Origin: Thermoproteota archaeon | GTDB taxonomy: Archaea; Korarchaeota; Korarchaeia; Korarchaeales; Korarchaeaceae | Length of the DNA: 51,652 nt | NCBI GenBank assembly: GCA_027491415.1 | Contig: JAOZFH010000002.1 | Coordinates: 1 to 51,652 of the forward strand | Direction of reading: 5' to 3' | Part shown: in pieces, positions 47,729 to 51,652 of the stretch | How positions within the stretch are numbered: the stretch's first letter is position 1 | How the letters are laid out: each line of letters starts with the position of its first letter | Position numbers and translations under genes: made by a program | The notes under the pieces: model-generated | Databases searched by the model: none | What the model saw: the letters and a program-made list of their open reading frames with translations, nothing else | Told to the model about the DNA's origin: nothing

Positions 47729-48075
47729 GGTCGGCCAAGCCCATCCCTCCCCCCTCCTTCTCTCCCCCTCCTAGGCGCAGGGTCGGCCCGCCGAGCCTCG
47801 CCGAGCGCCTCTCTTGGCTCGCCAGGGAACTCGGCGACCGCTTCCCCAGCCTGGAGGTCAGACCCTACCTGGACAGGCTCGCGGTCAGGGACCCGGATCG
47901 AGGCGTTGCGGCCATACTCGCGCTCCGCGATGGGGCCTGGGTCGTGATCGACGGCTCGGGGAGGCGCAGCTTCGACGACCCCTACTCCGCCATCAGGGAC
48001 CTCGTCACCAGGCTCGGCCTTCCCATCGACCCGCTGTGGCTGTTCGAGGCCATGTTCCCGGGGGTGGTGAGGTAG
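47725..48075 (+). CDS. Hypothetical protein (element)
   Basis: 116-aa ORF with GTGA overlap. Confidence 0.6.
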   Translation: MRSAKPIPPPSFSPPPRRRVGPPSLAERLSWLARELGDRFPSLEVRPYLDRLAVRDPDRGVAAILALRDGAWVVIDGSGRRSFDDPYSAIRDLVTRLGLPIDPLWLFEAMFPGVVR

Positions 48076-49134
48076 GTGCCAGAGATTCCCAGCGCCTACT
48101 CGAGTCTCAAGCGCGCGGCGCGGGTCTATGAAAACTTGGCTCGGTCCCCGAGATTCCTTAACTACACCACCATCATAGACCTCGCCCTCGAGTCCCCCCG
48201 ACCCATCACTGCGAAGGCCATCCAGAGGGAGTTGGACTTCAGGTTCGTCCAGCTGGCCTACTACTACGCCAATAGGCTCGTGGAGCTTGGCCTCCTCAAG
48301 AAGATAAGGCGCGGGGGCAGGGTCTACTACGCACCCACGGACCTCGCCAGGGACTTCGTTAGGCTTGCCGAATTAAAGGCCTCGGCGGGACCGAGGGGGA
48401 CCGAGCCCTGGCTCCGTCGCAGGCCGCGGACCAATTTCCTCCGCCCACGGACCGAGGGGGACCGAGAGGTTGGGGTCAGGACGAGACTTCACGCCGCCAA
48501 GGCCAAGTTCCGCATAATCCAGCGTGGCTCCGATCTCCCCTTCCCCAGGAAGGTCACGAGGATGAGGAACTGGACCCAGGTGACCTACTTCGTCCCCTTC
48601 GAGTCTGGCCGGGTGTCGGTGCAGGTCAACACGCGCCAGGTCGTGGTGGATGTGCCCAGACCCGACAGGCCCCTGCCGCCGGAGGGGTTCAAGGAGTGGG
48701 TCCTGCGCGTGGTGGAGCACGTCCGGGGAGTGCTCGCCGACTGCGGCTGGGAGCTTGAGTTCGTGGGGACCACGGCCGAGGTCGGCGTGAAGGACCCGGT
48801 AGCCAGCCTCGTCGCCAAGGGGGGCATGGTGATCAGGGACACAGTCGGCGCCATGGACGACTCCCCGGGAGGGGGAGAGGGCGAGTTCGACATCTACGAC
48901 GATCCGCTGAACCCCGAGCGGGTCAAGAGGTACATGCTGACCGTCACCGAGATCCTGCCCCGCGGGTATCAGGAGATACTGCACAGGCTGGAGGGGCTGG
49001 AGAAGAGGGTCGACGTGGTCGTAGCGAGCATGAACAAGATCGCGGGGATCTTCGAGAGGCTGCTGCCGCCAGCACAGTCTCAGAGGCAGGGAGGGACGCC
49101 GCAGCTGCCCGAGTACCCCGACTTCGGCTACTGA
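48076..49134 (+). CDS. Winged-HTH protein with a C-terminal domain; candidate replication initiator
   Basis: N-terminal wHTH (ITAKAIQREL..LAYYYANRLVELGLLKK..RVYYAPT), disordered linker with DNA repeats, C-terminal domain (RLH...DDSPG.GEGE) and a coiled-coil tail. Confidence 0.6.
   Translation: MPEIPSAYSSLKRAARVYENLARSPRFLNYTTIIDLALESPRPITAKAIQRELDFRFVQLAYYYANRLVELGLLKKIRRGGRVYYAPTDLARDFVRLAELKASAGPRGTEPWLRRRPRTNFLRPRTEGDREVGVRTRLHAAKAKFRIIQRGSDLPFPRKVTRMRNWTQVTYFVPFESGRVSVQVNTRQVVVDVPRPDRPLPPEGFKEWVLRVVEHVRGVLADCGWELEFVGTTAEVGVKDPVASLVAKGGMVIRDTVGAMDDSPGGGEGEFDIYDDPLNPERVKRYMLTVTEILPRGYQEILHRLEGLEKRVDVVVASMNKIAGIFERLLPPAQSQRQGGTPQLPEYPDFGY
48388..48466 (+). repeat. Two identical 18-bp direct repeats, each made of two GGACCGAG units (iteron-like)
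   Basis: GGACCGAGGGGGACCGAG at 48388-48405 and 48449-48466; an inverted copy CTCGGTCC lies at 48140-48147. Confidence 0.9.
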
Positions 49135-49135
49135 G

Positions 49136-49444
49136 GTGGTGGCCATGGTGGCCATGGTCCGCAGGAACCCGAGGGGGTATGATGACATCATAGAGATCCT
49201 GCTTCAGCTCGGCATCAGGAGCCGCGAGCGAAGGAGAAAGATGGCGTACATGATCGAGTACCTCAGTCAGATTCACGGCAACATCCTCTCGAAGGACTTC
49301 GAGGCAATCGCTGACTTGGCGCTGAGGCAGGGCTACGACCTAAAGTCCGTGGCTGACCTACTTCGGGCCGTCGCAGCCCTGAGATGTGGCAGGCTTCCAC
49401 GAAGGGTCTCCGTGGACTTCGGGAAGGTGAGGGTCCAGTGGTAG
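49136..49444 (+). CDS. Hypothetical protein (element)
   Basis: About 100-aa helical ORF directly after the Rep candidate. Confidence 0.6.
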   Translation: MVAMVAMVRRNPRGYDDIIEILLQLGIRSRERRRKMAYMIEYLSQIHGNILSKDFEAIADLALRQGYDLKSVADLLRAVAALRCGRLPRRVSVDFGKVRVQW

Positions 49445-49719
49445 CTGCCTTCACACCCCTGACCCAGTACCTCGACGATCCTAGAGAGGTATTCAAGCTC
49501 AGAGAGGAGCAGGAGAGGCGCAAGACCGTAAAGGAGAAGATCCTAGAGATACTCCTCGACGGGAAGCCGCACAGCAATAGGGACTTGGTGAAGGTCACAC
49601 ACAGGTTTAGCGCCAGAATCAAGGACCTCCGAGATGAGGGCTGGATCATTCTCTCTTGGCGCGACGAGGAGGACCCCGCCACCTGGTGGTACCAGCTAGT
49701 GGGGAGGGATTCAAAGTGA
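49438..49719 (+). CDS. Small winged-HTH DNA-binding protein of phage type (element)
   Basis: KEKILEILLDGKPHSNRDL...FSARIKDLRDEGWII...WYQL; GTG start at 49438 with GGTGAGG RBS. Confidence 0.75.
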   Translation: MVAAFTPLTQYLDDPREVFKLREEQERRKTVKEKILEILLDGKPHSNRDLVKVTHRFSARIKDLRDEGWIILSWRDEEDPATWWYQLVGRDSK

Positions 49720-50015
49720 ACTACGTCGTAGTCTTCGAGACCGTCAGGACAGAGGAGGAGATCGCTGAGATCTGCGCCCGGAACTTCCCCGACGCCAGGT
49801 GCCTCCGCTGTCCGATGTTCAACACTCCCCAGTGCCCAGCAGAGTTCGTCAACAGGTACTGCCGCACCTGCAGGCACTCTAGGCCCGTCAGCTTCGTCCA
49901 CCCTCTGTTCTCCTCCTCTGAGGACTGCCTATGGTGCGTCAAGAGGGGCAGGGTCGTCAGGCCAGATGACATTTGCCTAGGCTGGCAGAGGAGGGAGGTG
50001 ATGGTCCGTGGTTAG
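49716..50015 (+). CDS. Cys-rich metal-binding protein (element)
   Basis: CLRC...C...CRTCRH...CLWC...C; GTGA overlap start. Confidence 0.7.
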   Translation: MNYVVVFETVRTEEEIAEICARNFPDARCLRCPMFNTPQCPAEFVNRYCRTCRHSRPVSFVHPLFSSSEDCLWCVKRGRVVRPDDICLGWQRREVMVRG

Positions 50016-50796
50016 GATAACCCCGAGCAGGATCGAGTACTTGGCCCACGGCCTGAACTTCGCCAGCTTCTGCACATCGTCCTGCGTCTACTGCTACATG
50101 AACCGCTTCCGCAGGGTGAATCTCGGGCGCGGGAAGCCAGTCGACGAGGACTTAGAGGAACTCGCCAGGCAGCTGGAAACCTTCACGCCCAAGGGGGACA
50201 TCATGATGTCCACGTCCAACGACCCCTTCACGGCTGGCTACTCCCTGGCCAACAGGATTCTCTCCCTTGTGGTCTCAAAGCTCGACGATCTGCGCTCGAG
50301 GGCTGGCGCGGACTTCAACCTCCGGGTTCTGAGCAAGAAGGGGGTCTGGAGGAACCCCATCACCCGCGAGCCCCTCCCCAACCACTCCCTCCTTCTCTTC
50401 GGCCAGACCGTGACCACGCTGAACGACTCCGTGCGCCAGGTCCTGGAGCCCGGCGCCGCGCCAGTCGACGGGAGGATAGAGGCCCTTCGGCAGGCTAGGC
50501 AGGCTGGCTTCCGGGTCTGGCTCAGCGTCGAGCCCGTCTTCGAGGGCATGGACCTCCTGAGGTTGTGCGAGTTGGTGGAGCCTGAGGAGGTCTGGGTCGG
50601 GAAGCTGAACCACTACTCGAGCCAGTTCGCCCTACCGCCTGAGGAGATCCACAGGCAGGTGGAGGAGGCTAGGGCCTCCGGATTCGTGGTGAGGGAGAAG
50701 CGGGAACTCAGGGAGGCATTAAAGATCGAGGAGGAGCGAAAACTCGTCGGTCTAGAGACGTACCTAGTGGAGGCTGGAGCCCAATGCCGGTCCTGA
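50008..50796 (+). CDS. SPL-like radical SAM protein (element-encoded)
   Basis: CTSSCVYC CxxxCxxC, STSNDPF, TVTTL..LEPGAAP..RIEAL, WLSVEP, VGKLNH. Confidence 0.82.
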   Translation: MVRITPSRIEYLAHGLNFASFCTSSCVYCYMNRFRRVNLGRGKPVDEDLEELARQLETFTPKGDIMMSTSNDPFTAGYSLANRILSLVVSKLDDLRSRAGADFNLRVLSKKGVWRNPITREPLPNHSLLLFGQTVTTLNDSVRQVLEPGAAPVDGRIEALRQARQAGFRVWLSVEPVFEGMDLLRLCELVEPEEVWVGKLNHYSSQFALPPEEIHRQVEEARASGFVVREKRELREALKIEEERKLVGLETYLVEAGAQCRS

Positions 50797-51236
50797 GCGT
50801 CAAGGTCTCCGACGACTACGCCAAGAGGGTCAGGGAGTTCGCCAAGTCCAGGGGTATATCCGTCGCCAAGCTGATCAGAGAGGCCCTCGACTCCTATATG
50901 GCTGAGCAGGCCAACTCCCACGAGTCTACCCAGGTAGACCTGACGCAGAGGAGCGATCCCGTTCTCTTGCTCCTCAGCTACGCTTTGGCTCAGCTGGCGA
51001 GTGCGAGAGGGGTAGACCTCCCCAGGGTTCCCGTGGTCGACCCATCGACCCTGCTGGGGCGGGCCGCAGTCGGGGAGGCTCCTTCTTTCGCCTCAGGTGG
51101 GAAGCCTAAGGCGCCTCGGGAGCCCCTTCTGCCCCAGCCTGATCCTGGCCAGGTGTCCATGGACCTCATCGAGGAGTTCGCCCGGGACAACCCCTGGGCA
51201 GAGGTCCTATCAAGGAAAGGAGGCGGGAAGAGTTGA
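50784..51236 (+). CDS. Ribbon-helix-helix (CopG-like) DNA-binding protein with a C-terminal extension
   Basis: VLSVKVSDDYAKRVREFAKSRGISVAKLIREALDSY. Confidence 0.82.
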   Translation: MPVLSVKVSDDYAKRVREFAKSRGISVAKLIREALDSYMAEQANSHESTQVDLTQRSDPVLLLLSYALAQLASARGVDLPRVPVVDPSTLLGRAAVGEAPSFASGGKPKAPREPLLPQPDPGQVSMDLIEEFARDNPWAEVLSRKGGGKS

Positions 51237-51652
51237 CTGTTACGCGCGTAACAGATCTGGAGGCCTTCAGATCTTGGCTGTACGCCAGCAACCTCAGGCC
51301 CGGGACGGTCAAGAAGTACCTAATGTGGGTAAAGCGCTGGCTAGAGAGTGGCAAATCTGCGGTGGACTTCTTAGCGAGTATAGAGAACCCACGCACCAGG
51401 CAGGTGGCGAGGTCGGCGATAACTAGGTACGCTAGATACGCCAGCCTGCGCGTGGAACTTCCATCTGTCAGAACCCCGAAGAGACGCCTCCCACGCTATC
51501 TAGAACCCGATGAGGTACAGAAGCTGATTGCTGCGGCGGACAGCGACCTCCAGAGGCTCGCTATGGGACTTATGTACTACGCTGGCCTGCGGGTGTCGGA
51601 GGCCTGCTCACTACGGTGGGATGATGTGGACTTGGAGACCTCGGCCCTGAGG
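51233..51652 (+). CDS. Tyrosine recombinase/integrase (XerA-like), truncated at the 3' end by the window
   Basis: Manual translation from TTG 51233: ...TVKKY...KRRLPRYLEPDEVQKLI...LMYYAGLRVSEACSLRWDDVDL, containing the box I catalytic Arg. Not in the ORF track because no stop falls inside the window. Confidence 0.9.
   Translation, partial: MTVTRVTDLEAFRSWLYASNLRPGTVKKYLMWVKRWLESGKSAVDFLASIENPRTRQVARSAITRYARYASLRVELPSVRTPKRRLPRYLEPDEVQKLIAAADSDLQRLAMGLMYYAGLRVSEACSLRWDDVDLETSALR
51237..51274. repeat. Two adjacent palindromes at the integrase start
   Basis: CTGTTACGCGCGTAACAG (51237-51254, perfect) and AGATCTGGAGGCCTTCAGATCT (51253-51274, one G-T pair). Confidence 0.85.

Larger units (their letters stand above)
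45674..51652 (+). mobile_element. Integrated provirus or plasmid-like element (extends past the window)
   Basis: Abrupt switch to small, co-oriented, overlapping orphan ORFs with Zn-finger, HTH, RHH and Rep-like genes and a tyrosine integrase; the left boundary is approximate. Confidence 0.85.

Noticed and set aside
48388-48466. Mini CRISPR array
   Set aside because: Only two 18-bp units, shorter than CRISPR repeats, inside a coding region, with no leader or cas genes.
42716-50796. The two SPL-like radical SAM genes as a recent duplication or element boundary
   Set aside because: They share only family-level motifs, with no visible nucleotide identity.

Overview
GC-rich archaeal chromosome segment. 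Archaeal origin is inferred from AMP phosphorylase, a geranylgeranyl reductase, AlaX, DUF70/DUF711-like genes and GGTGA-type ribosome-binding sites; a thermophilic Thermoproteota/TACK lineage is plausible but unproven. Bases 1-45,400 are host genes: a Dpp/Opp peptide ABC operon, a split Liv ABC system, an AfuA/FbpA-type ABC transporter preceded by three membrane-anchored secreted proteins (two are calcineurin-like phosphoesterases), nucleotide enzymes, surface proteins and several disrupted genes. From about 45,670 to the window end lies an integrated mobile element (provirus or plasmid). It has 14 complete, co-oriented, mostly orphan and tightly coupled ORFs, followed by a tyrosine integrase that is cut by the window edge and missing from the ORF track. 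The most notable signals are a wHTH Rep candidate with iteron-like GGACCGAG repeats inside its own coding sequence, tandem palindromes at the integrase start, an element-borne SPL-like radical SAM enzyme, a perfect 15-bp inverted repeat in a non-coding gap near 12 kb, and a GNND/GNHD phosphoesterase pair. All calls come from motif recognition by eye; no searches were run.
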